Below are positions 15,970 through 34,609 of a DNA stretch of 64,000 nucleotides, piece by piece (the first letter of the stretch is position 1; each line of letters starts with the position of its first letter). This stretch comes from the human T2T-CHM13v2.0 reference genome, Homo sapiens, in assembly GCF_009914755.1 (NCBI RefSeq), contig NC_060940.1. One strand, 5' to 3'. The translations under genes were made by a program, and so were the position numbers. The notes beneath the pieces are model-generated. The model had not been told where the DNA came from. It saw nothing but the letters and a program-made list of their open reading frames with translations, and searched no databases.

Positions 15970-17198
15970 AGTTTAATTACGCTTTTAATCTATCTAAATT
16001 ATTTTGAAACCTATGCTGCCAAAGACTTAGTGGTTTCTTGAGTTCAATGTCCACCCTCATAGTCTCCAGTGTCTATACGTTCTTTATCTTTAATTTTGAT
16101 TCCCTAATTTTTCTATAAGACACTTTTCTATCTTCTTGAAGTGTACACTCAAGAAGCTCCTGTTGGTAAATGCAATCTCTCTCCCTTTCTCTCTCTCTCT
16201 CTTTTTTTACTTTTTAAGATAATTTAGTTTACCCTTATTTATTTAAAATATGCTAGCTATGTATCCAATTAAAGGTTGAACAATAACTTTTTTTCAGAAC
16301 TCTTACTATTTATTTCTCCATTTTCTGGGTCTGCATAGGCTGTGGAGATTTTACTCTCATCTTGTAGGTTATCTCTCCTTCTCATGGCTTTTGTCTCCAT
16401 TCTGTTTGGTGTTATGCAGTATGACTGTTATTTTGTTAAATATCTTTCTTTATTGCTCTTTTTTAGACACAGTGCACTTCTGCATTTATGAGTTTATATC
16501 TGATTTTTAATTTTAGAAATTGAAAATAATTATCTTATTAGCATGATTTATTATTTGTATGGACTTAAGTAAAATAATTGTGCTTTGTTCCTTCTTATTC
16601 TGTTACTTATATATGTATATTTACATTCATATTGCTATTATTTTGTTTCTCTTACTGTATTTGGCTATATTCATTGTGTTCAATAGTCCAGTTCACTAAT
16701 CCAGTTCACTAAACCTCTCATTCTCAACTCAGTCTAATTTAATGTTTAACTCATATGCTGTATATTAATATGTATTTAAATTATTCTATTTCTATTTGAC
16801 TCTTTTCTAAATTTGCTTGTTCAGTTTATAATTTTCTATTTTGATATCCCCTTTTTCCCATTTGCTTAAAAATTTAAACATATTTCCAATATGCATAGGT
16901 TTTGTGATGCCTAATTTATTCTGACCCCTTTACCTGATGGCTTATTTTCTTCTGTCCTTTACAGTTTTTAATTTGCTTCTCACATAAATAAAGATCTTAT
17001 ATTAAAACAAAATAGTATGGCTTGGCTTGTAATTTTTGTTAAAAGCTGTAGTATATGTTGTATAAAACAGTATACTGGGGGTAAATAGTTTTTAGGTTAT
17101 TGATGAGCAGTTTTCCCTCAGATAGGCCTTAGCGTAGGGGTTTCTGGTCATGTAGATGAGAGATAGGCTGGGATTGAAATTTGTTATGGCAGCAATAA

Positions 17199-17633
<435 letters not shown>

Positions 17634-17893
17634 AACTCCATGTTTTTTAACTTGGTGGCAGGGGGTGAGGGAGTGAGGATATCTCCGATGTTCTGAGGAA
17701 GCCTCAGACAACACTGTCAACTGGGGTGTGTGGTTACTGACATTTAAAGATTTTCCTGCCCGTCCTGTAGATGCAATGCAGGGACAAGAGCATATTTCTG
17801 CTTCTCCCCCAGTAGTAGAGAGGCTCCTAGTCCATGTTTTTAACTCCCAGTGGAAGTGGTTCTGCAACAGTGCTCTGTAAATTAACGGTTTAG

Positions 17894-18187
<294 letters not shown>

Positions 18188-18880
18188 AGGCTTCATTTTT
18201 TTATGGGAGATGCATCTGTGCAGAGATGTGGATGTTGGCCTTTTTTCTCCACCACCAGCTGCTGTGAGTTTTTTCATGGTTCCCTCTGGCTCATGTTTGG
18301 ATGCTCTTACTCTGCACATTGGGCCTTGTATTCTATAGGAGAGATGGGAAAGCTATATCTCCAGAGTTGTAGCAGTGGGTGGGATAGTGGTCCCTCCCCA
18401 TCAGCACTGTTGGGGAAGCATTCTCAGGATTCTACCCCATCCTCCCTGACAGGCCTGTAGGGTTGCTAGAAACACTCTAACAAAGGTGTAAACCTTATGT
18501 CTGTAGACTCCAGGGTTTCACCTTCTCCTTCACCCACCTACACACAGCCACCAAGTACTACTTCAAAAGTTCTGGTTTAATTTTACCAGAGTACATGGTA
18601 TTTTGGGTGCACATAAAAGCCTGGGGCCTCCATTACCTGCAGGCTTCTGCATCCCCTGATGTTGGGTTTGTTGTCTTCTCTGTGACTTCAGGTCTCCAAA
18701 AGGCTCAGAACAAGACATTCATTCATTTGCAGTTTCTTCAGCTTTTTTGTTTGTGTAATGTACGAGCAACTCTTTGTCAGGTGTCTACATCTACAAACTT
18801 AACTCAGAAGTGAATATTTTAAAATACATTTCTTTTCTATCATACTTTTAGTACTTCTCTACAATTACCTATGCTAATAG

Positions 18881-19252
<372 letters not shown>

Positions 19253-19259
19253 TAGTTAG

Positions 19260-20480
19260 AAGTAATCTTATTTGTTTATTTTTAGTTTGTTCCCCGGAAT
19301 TTTGAGGTTAAATTCAAAATCTCATTGCTTAAACCAGTGTCATGGGACTTCCACCCTATGTTTTTTTGTAGCAGTTTCAGAGTGTCAGGTCTTACATTTA
19401 AGTTTTTAATAAATTATGAGTTAATTTTATACATGGTGCAAAATGAAGGTGTTATTTTATTGTTCTCTGTGTGAATACCCAGTTTTCCCAACACTATTTA
19501 TTAAAGAGACTGCCATTCTTTATTGTGTATTTTTGTTACCTTCATCTAAAATCAATTAGCTGTAAAGGCATGAATTTCTGAGCTTTTTATTTTGCTCCAT
19601 TAACCTATGTGTCTGTTTTTATGCCCACACCATACTGTTTTGGTTACTATAGCTTTGTACCATGTTTCATTGTCAAGTAATATAATGTTTGCACTTTTTT
19701 TTTGCTCATATTGCCCTGACTCTTCAAGGCCTTTTTTGTATCATATAAATTGTAGAATTTTTATCTTATGTCTTTAAAGTATCTCACTGATATTTTGATA
19801 AGAATTGTCTTAAATCTGTAGATTATCTTGTGTAATATAGACATTATAAAAATATTAATTCTAGAAATTCATGAATAAGGGACATCTTTTCATTTTTTTA
19901 ATTTAATTTTTGACCTCAATTTTTAAAGCTTTTTTAAGCTTTAATGTAGAGACTTTACCTTTTTGATTCAATTTATTTCTGAGTATACTTTTTGTAGGTA
20001 TTACAGATGGAATTGTTTTCTTGATTTCTTTTCCAAATACTTTTACATAGTTTCTTGTTAGTGTATAAAAACCCTACTGACTTTTGTATATTGATTTTAT
20101 CTCTTGCAAGTTTACTACATTTCTACATTAGATCTGACAGTTTTTTAGTGGAGTTTTAAAGGTTTTGTGTATAAAATTATGTGGTCTGCAAACAGTGACA
20201 AGTTGACTTCCTTTCCAATCTGTATGCCTTTGATTTTGTTCTCTAATTGCTCTGGTTTGGATATAGAGTATTGTACTGAATAAGATTGTTGAAAGCAGGC
20301 ATTCTTGTTGTGTTCCAGTTCTTATAGAAAAAGCTTGCAACTTTGTCTCATTTAATATATTATTAGCTGTTTATTTGTAATACATGGACTTTAATGGGTT
20401 TAGGTGAATTTATTCTATACCTAATTTGTTGAGAGTTTTTATCATGAAGGGATGTTACTTTTTAAAAAATTTATGCAAAT
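19260..20480 (-). mobile_element. Old L1M ORF2 fragment
   Basis: Degenerate L1 ORF2 antisense; ORF 20128-20340 gives AFSIRTGTQQECLLSTILF, cf. [19 protein letters not shown]. Confidence 0.8.
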
Positions 20481-20994
20481 ATTTAAATGTTATACTTGGT
20501 CTTGTGGTGTGTCTTTCTGATCAGAAGCTGAAACGTGCATCCATACCTACAGGAGAGCATAAGGGCATCATATCTCACACTCTGTCAAAATGACCAGCTT
20601 ATGAAGCCTACTGTGAGTGTATGACTCCATAAAATAAATCGAGGCCCAGGAACTGTCATCTGCTTTCTTCATTGAATTATGCCAACTGTCGGAAAAAGTG
20701 CTTAATATATACGTGATGAATGCATAAGCCCTAACTCCCACCTCTTTAGATATATCTTAGTCTGCCTTTCTCAGCACCCAGGGATATCCATCCTCTCTGG
20801 GTCAAGGACAAAGTCCAGCTAAAATGAAGCTCAATTGTCCTTTACAAATGTTAAGAACAGGTTTGTCTTCTACATGCTTTTCCAATTATAGAGGGACATG
20901 AGTTATTGAGACATGAGAAAAAGCTTCTTGGGTGAAAGAACAGAAAAAAATATATAAATATGAACATCCAGAGCATGCCCAGCAGCCTTTCCAC

Positions 20995-21150
20995 CGAGCC
21001 AGGCACTAGGGATCCACTTTTCATGTTTTATGTCATTCATTCCTCACAAAAACCATATGAGGTTCATTGTACAATTCTTTTCAGAGATGGAAATTGAGGC
21101 TCATTGAGATGCATTGTTATTCTGAAACACGGTAGCTGGCAGAGTCACCA
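20995..21150 (-). mobile_element. MIR fragment
   Basis: ccaggcact..tcattcattcctcacaaaaaccatatgagg..ttttcagagatggaaattgaggctc, the MIR core. Confidence 0.6.
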
Positions 21151-22222
21151 CTGCGCCTTGGAGAAAACAGATGCTTGCCTACTGAACTGGTCTGGGAACT
21201 GTGGAGTGGTGGTGAAGTCCTGGTAAAAGTTCAGGAAAATGATAAAAAAGAAGATAGTTCGACCCCAGAAAGCTGCTGCCAATGACTGCATCAGCTTCTC
21301 CCTTTGCCTGGCTGGAGAGTCGGCTTCATTCAAATCTCGAGGTTCAGGATAGACTCATAGTTTTACCTGGGTGTGCTGGGGGGCGGGGACAAGAAGGAAC
21401 ATACAGTCAGTGACGAGACCATGAAACACCAGAGGACTGGAATGTGTGGCTCAGACCTGGAGTTCCCCATCCTTTGGAGACTTGTGCATGTGGAGGACAT
21501 AGATGTTCATGGTGAAGAATTTTTTAGGCTTCCAATGTCGAATTTGATGTGGAGGTAAAGAATAATTAATCCATTAATACTTTCAAGGCATCTTCATCAG
21601 ACTGTATCAGCTGTAGAACAACAGCACTCACCTGTATTAATAATCTTTATAAAGTACACTATCCCAGAGAGTTCCCAAAAATCATTCTCAATGTAGAAAT
21701 GAGAAAACACAGGCTTTGTGATGTCAAATGGCTGCTCCAAAACACACAGGTCAGAATGAGAATCTTCCATGGTGAGGGTTGCATGAAATTTCCTCTAAGC
21801 TACCTGAGTCTTAGTCTGTTCCTGTCATAGAGGGGAAGGGCATGTTTTAAAGACAGGTCACAGGGCAAGAAATCCTAGCACAACCCTTTTGACTTAAATC
21901 AACATAGCTGGGTTTTCTAACCTCAAAGGGAAAGAACCAGCTACAGCAATCCCACACCTGGCAAAAGCGTCCATGCTGGGAAACTCCAGGGTAGGAAAAA
22001 CCCCGTCAGAGGGCCAAGGATCCGAGGAGATAACTCAGTGAACAGAAAACCCAAATAAGTATAAAACAACGGAAAGGTAACTCAAACATACCAGTTGGAA
22101 AAGTGGAAATAGAAACATAATTTTCTTTGACACATGGGTGCCAGCTTGTCAAATAATTCAAAGAAGGTTAACATCCAGGGAGTCTGGATACAAAATGTCA
22201 GATACATTCAGAAACTCCTGTT

Positions 22223-22919
22223 TGCAGGAAGGGGAACATCACACACTGGGACCTGTTGTGGGGTGAGGGGAGGGGGGAGGGGGGAGGGATAGCATTAGGA
22301 GATATACCTAATGTTAAATGAAGAGTTAATGGGTGCAGCACTCCAACATGGCACATGTATACGTATGTAACAAACCTGCACATTGTGCACATGTACCCTA
22401 AAACTTAAAGTATAATAAAAAAAATTTTAAAAAGACATTAGATTAACACTCTTAAATTGCATTAATTTTTTTGAAATAAAAAATATTGATCAATACCAAC
22501 ACCGTGGTCAATTATATAAGAAATAGTTCTCATTTCCAAGGTTTCTGCAAATTTGTCAATGACTTTATCAAAATGATCTTTATATATTTGTATTTAGTAT
22601 CAGGATGTTCAGATCTGCTAATCTGTCTTCACTCCTACTTGATAAAATAATAATTTATATAAATCTTATTTTTGAGAAGTTTTTTCATGCACACAACAAC
22701 ATATATAAAAGTAGAAAATGTGTTAAACACAAATAAATTTGTTAGAAATTCATAGAAACCTTTTTCTCCATCAATTTCAGAAATTATAATGCAGACTGTC
22801 ATTGTTTCTTTGGATTTGTTGTAGTTTTCCAGAGTTTTCACATTTGAAAATGTTTGCTAAAATATCCTTATAAAAAATAAAATAAAGCTATATTATATTT
22901 GGTTAAAAAAAAAAAAGAA
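22223..22919 (+). mobile_element. Severely 5'-truncated L1PA (3'UTR only) plus ~480-bp 3' transduction and poly-A
   Basis: TSD agaaactcctgtt at 22210-22222 and 22920-22932; L1 3'UTR 22225-~22424; unique sequence; AATAAA 22876-22886; A tail 22905-22919. Confidence 0.85.
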
Positions 22920-23066
22920 AGAAACTCCTGTTGGCAGTGCACCTGTCACAGCCCTTCTGGAACACAATCCGGCTTTAGCTATTCACTCTTTTTTACAAAT
23001 GCCTACTCTTTCACTGAGTCATTTCTTTCCTGGGAGGCTGTCGTCTACCAGGGATTAGTATACGTC

Positions 23067-23452
23067 ATGAGCTAAATTGTGTTCCCTTCCCAAAATTTAT
23101 ACGTTCATGTTTTAACACCTAGTGCCTCAGAATGTGACTATACTTGAACATGTAGTCTCTGCAAATGTAATTAAGGTTAAGTGAATTCATTGGGACACAT
23201 CCTAATTCAACATGACTGGGGCCCTCATTGGAAGAGGCAGTCAGGGAAGAGAAAAGCACAAGAGAAGATCTTGTGGTCACAGAGATAGAAGATGATCATC
23301 TGCAAGCCAAGGAGAGACCTCAGAGAAAACACCCAGTCACCAGCTTGAGGTTGGATTTCTAGCCTCCAGAACTGTGAGAAACTCAAATTTTGTTGTTAAA
23401 GCACTTCAGCCTGTGTTACTGTATTATGGAAGCCATAGCAAACTGTCATACT
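23067..23452 (+). mobile_element. MLT1A/B (MaLR) solo LTR
   Basis: ctaaattgtgttccc..cctcagaatgtgact..gcaagccaaggagag..tttctagcctccagaactgtgag..gaagccatagcaaact. Confidence 0.8.
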
Positions 23453-24591
23453 CTATTAGGACACGTAAGATGTTCCCTGAAGCATGAATGAAATGGAAAT
23501 TGAATTTATTATGTCAGGCTCCATCAGCATTAAAAGGCTAAATTACTGAGAAAAAGGCTCTCCCTTATGAAATATTATGAAGACATAAGCTTCTGCCCTG
23601 ACGGGGCTATAGGGATGAGTTCTGTGAGATGACTAACGCATAGAGTAACATAAGACCCTTTCTGTGTAACCCCCAGTATTTGGATAAAACCCTTCTCTAG
23701 TAACTGTACATTTTTAAATCTTAGAAAAGTTCTGGCAGGGAGGGCATTGAAGCTGCCTGCTGCAGGAGGTATCTAGGGTGGGTAGTTAAAACAATAAACA
23801 TAGTAGCGACCTGCAAAGATACTCGTAGACTTGTGTAAAGTAAAAACAACACAAAAGTGTTTTCTTTGATATTCCTACAAGTATATGACTGGTGACTGTG
23901 CACCTAAGTTGCTATTATGGACTAACGGATGCCAGATTCCTCTGGGAAGGGATTGTGGGACACTTAATTGAGAACGCTTTAAAACATTTTCCAGGGAGTC
24001 CTCATATTTGGGTCTGGATCTTGGGCCTTCCCTGGTCTTTTGGGTCTCTTTCAAGACTCCACTGTGCCCACTTTCACCCCAGACTAACCCTGCCCATGGT
24101 TGTTGGCATGGTGCATGTGCTCTTTGCCAAATGAGATAAAGTAGCTTAACTCATCAAACAGCTCCTCATGGATCCCCTGCATGGAGCTCTGCAAAGAGAG
24201 TGCCTGGAAGCCTGGCCAAGAGGTGTCAGTGGCATGCCTGGCTTTCCCCACAGGGCACACCCCCATTAGAAACTCTTAGCCCCAGATCAGGCACAAAGGA
24301 ACATTTGTATTGACCTCCTGCCAGGGAGAAAACCAGATGACAGCTTGAAGTTTTTGCATAAACATCTGAACAGATAAAGGTGGTCCCCAGCACTCAACTT
24401 TCTATCCTGCCAGCCATAACGTGGGGTATAAATTTGACAGACGTGTTAGCTTCTCAACAGCAGGAAACCTGCTCCTGTTTAATATGTGTGACACAATGAT
24501 ATTCAGGTTTTGTGAAATTCTCTGATATGGTAGATGAATAAGAGAATGCATTTCCCCTAGGGGCAGTCAGAGCTAATTACCCTATCATTAA

Positions 24592-25189
<598 letters not shown>

Positions 25190-25846
25190 TGATTATGGAG
25201 AAGTACAGGAGTGTCAATTACAATGAAGAAAGTCAACAGAAACAGATGAGACAGGACGTCCTCAAGCAAATGTCTTTTTCATCATAGCAGCCTAACAGCC
25301 TTATGCATCCAAGAATGGTTAAACTACTTTGCCCAAACAATAATTAAGCAGCCAACCATGCTAACCCTTCACTAAAATAAATTATCTATCTAGTATCAGT
25401 CACTGATACCCCTACTCAGGCAACATGTTTTATCCATTTCACAAAGATTCCCTGTGGACTAATAATAAAGAGAGAACCTCATGTGATGGTTCTTCATCAG
25501 AAAAAAAAAAGTTAAGAAAAAGGTAAAATGAATTTTTAAATCTTTCATCAGAAAACAAAAACTCACATTTTCAATGTGACAAATATAACTTATACTTGCA
25601 AATTTGGAAAAGTAAAATTAAATATAAGAATTGTATTTCTTATAAAGTTTATTATAAGCAATACACAGTTCAGAAAAAAATGAACATGGAATAATTATGG
25701 GCACTCAAGTAAAAGAAGACAGACTTTTTTGTAATTCTCAGATAGTCTTCAAAAGAAATCAGAGCAACTGAATTGTTAAATGCTCCAGAAGTTTACAAAC
25801 AATTATGTGTTTATATATAAAGTAACAGCCCATGGATGCCATGAAT

Positions 25847-25949
25847 CTTTTTTTTTTTTTTTGAGACGGAGTCTCGCTGTGTTGCCCAGGCTGGAGAGCA
25901 GTGGCACAATCTCGGCTCACTGCAACCTCCGCCTCCTGGGTTCAAGTGA
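25847..25949 (-). mobile_element. 5'-truncated Alu (right-arm fragment)
   Basis: Poly-T, gagacggagtctcgctg..gggttcaag; flanked by tgaatcttt on both sides. Confidence 0.8.
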
Positions 25950-26004
25950 ATCTTTAATTCAGTTGCAATTCCTTCAAAACTGTCTAAGACCAGAAGGTGA
26001 ATTA

Positions 26005-26325
<321 letters not shown>

Positions 26326-26571
26326 TCAACAAGATATTCCTTTTTTTGGTGAGAAAGTCAATACACATGTATGTCATACACACATATACAGACAAAAGTC
26401 TGGAAAGATATACACAAAATGTTAATTAACAGTGGTTATTCTCTATCTGGTGGAATTATAAATGTTTTATAATTCTTTATACATCTCCAATTTTCCAATT
26501 TATATAATGAATAAGTTACTTGTAAATTTCTTTAGTATTGAATTACCCTCGCCTCCCATCTTGGGTATCTA

Positions 26572-26838
<267 letters not shown>

Positions 26839-27499
26839 CTACAAAAATAAAAACAGAAGTCTTAATGAATAAAATTAACTTTCTATATACACAAATAGCA
26901 CTTGTTCCATAAGAATTTGAAATTTTTCATTACACATTAAAGGAAATGGGTCAAGTGAATCATACCACCAGAAGACTATAGCAACCTCCTTTCAGGAGGA
27001 TAAAAATGCTTATCTAAACACAAACACATATTCATCTATTATTTTTCTGTTGATACAAAACTAGATACAGTTTCCAACTCATGAACAGATGGTATAGCTG
27101 GAGTTAAGATGACTGTCTAGAATTCGATGACATTTCTAAGGGAAGTATTTTAAGTGGTAGTTTGGTTCCCAGGGGGCAGCCAACAAGTATTGTATATTCA
27201 TGATGAAAACAAGTAGGAAGAAAATCCATGCAAAACCAGCAATTCGACACAACAGAAAAATATGTAAACTATTTCTTCTGCATCAGATGTTGGTGATTAC
27301 GGAAAAGCAGGCTGCTGACTGACTTTTAGGTAGTCGTTAGTAAAATCATTCCGCAGAATTGAGGCATATTGGGACATTTATTACAACCTCTTTAGAGGTT
27401 GTTATTTCTAATTATTTTGTCTATTTTTACTTTAAAATTCACTTGGGGGGAAACACATAGATATATCATTTAGTTATTTTAATGTTTTTAATTTTTAGT

Positions 27500-27627
27500 T
27501 TTATTTTTTATTAGAGATGGGGTCTCGCTATGTTGCCCAGGCTGTTCTCAAACTCATGGACTCAAGTGATTCTCCCAACTCAGCCTCCTGAATATCTGGG
27601 ATTACAGATGCAAGCCACCACACCTGG
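27500..27627 (-). mobile_element. Alu monomer (FLAM-like)
   Basis: tagagatggggtctcgctatgttgcccaggctg..gggattacagatgcaagccacc. Confidence 0.75.
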
Positions 27628-28199
27628 TACATCATTTAATTTTCTCTCACACTTATCATTCCATATCTGGATTTGTTTTCAGTTCACACACACACAAAAC
27701 CAAAAATGACCAAAAGAAAAAGGGTAATACAAAGGGGGGGGGGAAAAGAAGAAATTTTATTGATGCAGGTAAACCACTGGAAGGGAGATAGAAAGGAGGA
27801 AGATTACATGAGGTAAAATTCTGAAGAATATGGGCGGGGGAGGCGGGCCTGGCTTAACCCAAGTCCAGAGCAGTGGGGAAGGGGCAGGAAGGGAACTTCT
27901 GGGGAAAGTACAGGATCAGTGCTGCCCACAGTGGCCACTAGAGGACGCCATAGGTCTAGAACAGAACAGCTCGGGAGGCTTCAAGTTGGAAACAGTACTG
28001 TTGATATTTCCTTGAAGGTATCAAAATCAAAGCTCAAAATAGAAAAGATAATTAAACCAATTTAATTCTGCACCTTAAATATATATACACCCCTCATTTT
28101 TCACCATGTACTCATTCGTAGGAAAACATCTCTTATGGAAATAAATACTGCCTGACAAAGTTTCCTTACCAGTTTAAGAACAAACTCATTCACTTATAG

Positions 28200-28413
28200 C
28201 AAGCTTGTCCAAACCGCAGCCCACAGGCCGCATGCAGCCCAGGATAGCTTTGAATGCGGCCCAACACAAATTTGTAATTTTCTTAAAACATTATGAGCTT
28301 TTGCGATTTTTTTAAGCTCATCAGCTATTGTTAGTGTTAGTGTATTTTATGTGCGGCCCAAGAAAATGCTTCTTTCAGTGCAGCCCAGGGAAGCCAAAAG
28401 ATTGGACGCCCCT
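28200..28413. mobile_element. MER30 hAT-Charlie DNA transposon
   Basis: Termini caagcttgtccaa.. and ..agccaaaagattggacgcccctg. Confidence 0.8.
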
Positions 28414-28554
28414 GACACACAGAGAGGGATCCAAATTGGAGGCACTGGTCCCTGAAGACTGCCTATGGTCCATAGGTACCACAATTTCATTAATATAAAA
28501 AAACAAGTAATTGGTCACCACTTTCTGCCCCTAGTAGTGCTAAGCATGGCAACC

Positions 28555-28854
28555 TTTTTTTTTTTTTTTTTTTTGAGACGGAGTCTCCCTCTATCACCCA
28601 GGCTGGAGTGCAGTGGCACAATCTCGGCTCACCGCAAGCTCCGCCTCCCAGGTTCACGCCATTCTCCTGCCTCAGCCTCCCTAGTAGCGGGACTACAGGC
28701 GCCCGCGCCCACGCCCGGCTAATTTTTTTGTATTTTTAGTAAAGACGGGGTTTCACCATGTTAGCCAGGATGGTCTCAATCTCCTGACCTCTGATCCGCC
28801 TGCCTCGGCCTCCCAAAGTGCTGGGATTACAGGCGTGAGCCACCGTGCCCGGCC
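28555..28854 (-). mobile_element. AluY
   Basis: gcaagctccgcctcc, gttcacgccattctc, ttagccaggatggtctc diagnostics; CpG-rich; near-TSD agcatggcaacctt/agcatgacaatctt. Confidence 0.9.
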
Positions 28855-28981
28855 AGCATGACAATCTTAATGCATGATTAAAACAAGACAAATGCCAGCA
28901 GTTCAAAAAACAATTGAGAAAGAAAAGCAAATCTAAGACAAAAATGTCTTTATGAAGATTTTTACAAAAAATGTAACTTAC

Positions 28982-29130
28982 TGTTCAAGGTTGAGCTTAT
29001 TGAATATCTCCGCTGCTGTTTCTAGAACTTTATCAATATAGTCCACACGATCAGGGTAACATTTCATGTCAAGATTAACGAGAGAGACTTGTAAAGATAA
29101 AACATCCTCTGAAGGCATGTCTTGTCTAGA
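28982..29130 (-). pseudogene. VPS35P1: VPS35 pseudo-exon 10 (149 bp)
   Basis: [49 protein letters not shown]. Confidence 0.92.
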
Positions 29131-29231
29131 CTGGAATGTTTAGAAAACCACACAATTTATTTTAAACAATTGTAAAAAGAAGGCAGAGAAGTTTCAAAGT
29201 TTTGAGAACTTAGGAGAAATGCTACACAAAC

Positions 29232-29327
29232 CTGTATCACTGTAGCCACCTGCTGTGAAAATATATCAAAAAGTTTAATATCTGCTGGGATTCCAGGTCC
29301 ATCTTCACAGTGGCAAATAAAGCTAAT
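29232..29327 (-). pseudogene. VPS35P1: VPS35 pseudo-exon 9 (96 bp, 1-bp deletion)
   Basis: LALFA/..[25 protein letters not shown] with a frameshift after LALFA. Confidence 0.9.
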
Positions 29328-29466
29328 CTAAAAAAAAACCCAAAACCCCTTTATTTTAAAAGATACAGGGTTTGGGTAGTGAGATCATGGATGACATCTT
29401 ATTCTTTATTGCTTTTCTATATTTTATATGAGCCCAAAAGGTTTTTAAGTCGATCATTCCCTCAGT

Positions 29467-29737
29467 GTTTTGATATAGGGTCTTCCTCTCTTGCCCAGGC
29501 TGCAGTGTAGTCGCGCAGTCTCCCCTCAATGAAACCTCCACCTGCTGGGCTCAAGCTATCCTCCCACCTTAGCCCCCTGAGTAGCTGGGGCTAACAGCAT
29601 GTGCGACCATGCCCAGCTAATTTTTACGTTTTCTGTAGTGATGCGGTTTTGCCATGTTGCCCAGGGTGGTATTGACCTGGACTCAAGCAAGCCTCCCAAA
29701 GAGCTGGGATTACAGATGTGAGCCACTGCACCCGGCC
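29467..29737 (-). mobile_element. Diverged Alu (AluJ-like)
   Basis: Antisense Alu with ctgggctcaagctatcctccc and internal deletions. Confidence 0.75.
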
Positions 29738-30154
29738 TCCTCAATTCATTTTTAACTAAACAGTTTTGCCAATGAAACCTTTTTCATCAGCATTCTTATT
29801 TCATACCATACTAAGTAGGTTTTCAAAAAGATAATTCTCTCAAACTCTTTGAAGCATAATTAAGTAGATATGGACAGAAATGCATTAAAGTGACAAATGT
29901 ATTCAACAACCATGATTTAAATAAATAATCTTTAAAAATAAAAGTACAGACTATTTTAAGATACAGCATTTTTACTGCTTAAAGTTTGAAATACAACTAA
30001 GTCTAAAATTCATAAAATTAACTTTTATTTCCCACATCTTAAATTACTCAAAGTAATGTCTGTTTCATTATCATTATCTGTTTGTCAGAGTCACAACTAC
30101 ATCCACACTTTGTTATGCCCAGAAGCATCACTACTGACAGAGATGTGTAAGTGA

Positions 30155-32361
<2,207 letters not shown>

Positions 32362-32603
32362 AAGAGTGGGCCCAATAAGTATGGAATTTTTGCTGCCCAG
32401 GATTGAGCTGATGATTTGGAAAATTTTGTTATCTAAATTCTCAGACTTTAAAATGAATAACTTAGTTTTTTAAAAAAAACATACAAAAGGTATCTGCAGA
32501 AATAAATCTTCTCTTAGGTTTCTGGTTTCATGACAATGCTTACAAGTGTAGGACAGACATTATGTACTACTACACAACATGGCTGCAAAAAAAGTCACCC
32601 ATT

Positions 32604-32935
<332 letters not shown>

Positions 32936-33400
32936 CTAAACATATTTGATACCTAAAATTTTTTCTTTAAGAAAATGTGATGATAGAGTGATTACTTGAA
33001 CATTTTCAATCATCTGTATCTTATGGCTACTCTAAATCAAATGAGTTCCCACTGCAAGATATTTACATCATGGTAAAAAACAAATTATGTTCTTCAATAT
33101 GATCTTTGGATTTGTACAATTTAAAAAATAAGTCTGTACAACCTCTTTAAATGTCAGTTAAGTGCACAGAATAAAGATATTCATTATCTTCATGTCTCCT
33201 GCACATTTAAGTTAAGCCTCTTTCATGTCAACCTAGGCAAGTACCTAGTATTCATACTCACAAAGCTAAATTATTTATATTATAATTAAATTAAGATCAT
33301 TGGTATGATGAAGATGTAACAGAAACAAATAATTCAAAAAATGTTTAAAATTCATTATTCCCAAGTCAGAGCATTTATCCTCCAGTGTTGGAAGGTCTTA

Positions 33401-33526
<126 letters not shown>

Positions 33527-33861
33527 TCAGTACAAGTAAAAGTATTTCACATAATATTCTGAACTCACATACGGTAAAGTTCACATTTGTGGGAAAAAAA
33601 ATTTTATACAACTAAATTCAAACACATTACTTTTGAAGCTCTCTACTAAACATAAGCTCAGACACAAATATTCCAGTAAACAAAGTGTACCTACAATTAA
33701 ACTAAAGCTACGGAGACCTAGAAAACTCAGATTACTCATTCCTACATTTTGGAGGAAAACAAACCACATTGATACAAAGACCAAGTTATAACAGAAAGCT
33801 CTTGTTTTAAAATTATTTTTAGAAGAAGCAAGTTTACATGAAAAAAAAGCATTAAAAATGA

Positions 33862-34053
<192 letters not shown>

Positions 34054-34113
34054 TAAATTTAATGAAACATAAAATAGGTCCTTTAAAAAAATGAAATAAA
34101 TGTTCACACCTAC

Positions 34114-34197
34114 CTGAATAACACACCTCATGAGATATTCTTGAGCCAAAGTATCCCTACAGTTTACAACTTGCTCCAATATGCCAGACAAAACAAT
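34114..34197 (-). pseudogene. VPS35P1: VPS35 pseudo-exon 7 (84 bp)
   Basis: [28 protein letters not shown]. Confidence 0.9.
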
Positions 34198-34344
34198 CTA
34201 AAAGAGAAAAAACACACACATAAGGGTTAAAATCTGTTTTTGAAATCTTAAGCTATTCCCCTAGTAACACATTTGAACTACTAACTTGAAAATCGTATTT
34301 GAGATTTTTCCCACCAAGACTTCACTTCTAAACTGTAAAAGCTA

Positions 34345-34604
34345 TTTTCTTTTTGAGACAAGGTCTTGTTCAGTTGCCCAGGCTGGAGTAATAGTGGCAC
34401 AATCTCCACTCAATGCAACGTCCACCTCCTAGGCTCAAGCCATCCTCCCACCTCAAGCCTCCTGAGTAGCTGGGACTACAGGTACATTCCATCATGCCCA
34501 GCTAATTTTGGTAATTTTTGTAGAGATGGGGTCTCCCTATGTTACCCAGGCCTATCTCAAACTCCTGGACTCAAGTGATCCATCTGCCTTGGCCTCTCAA
34601 AAGT
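34345..34604 (-). mobile_element. Alu (AluJ-like), lacking its first ~25 nt
   Basis: ttttgagacaaggtcttg..taggctcaagccatcctccc..ttggcctctcaaaagtg. Confidence 0.8.
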
Positions 34605-34609
34605 GAGCT

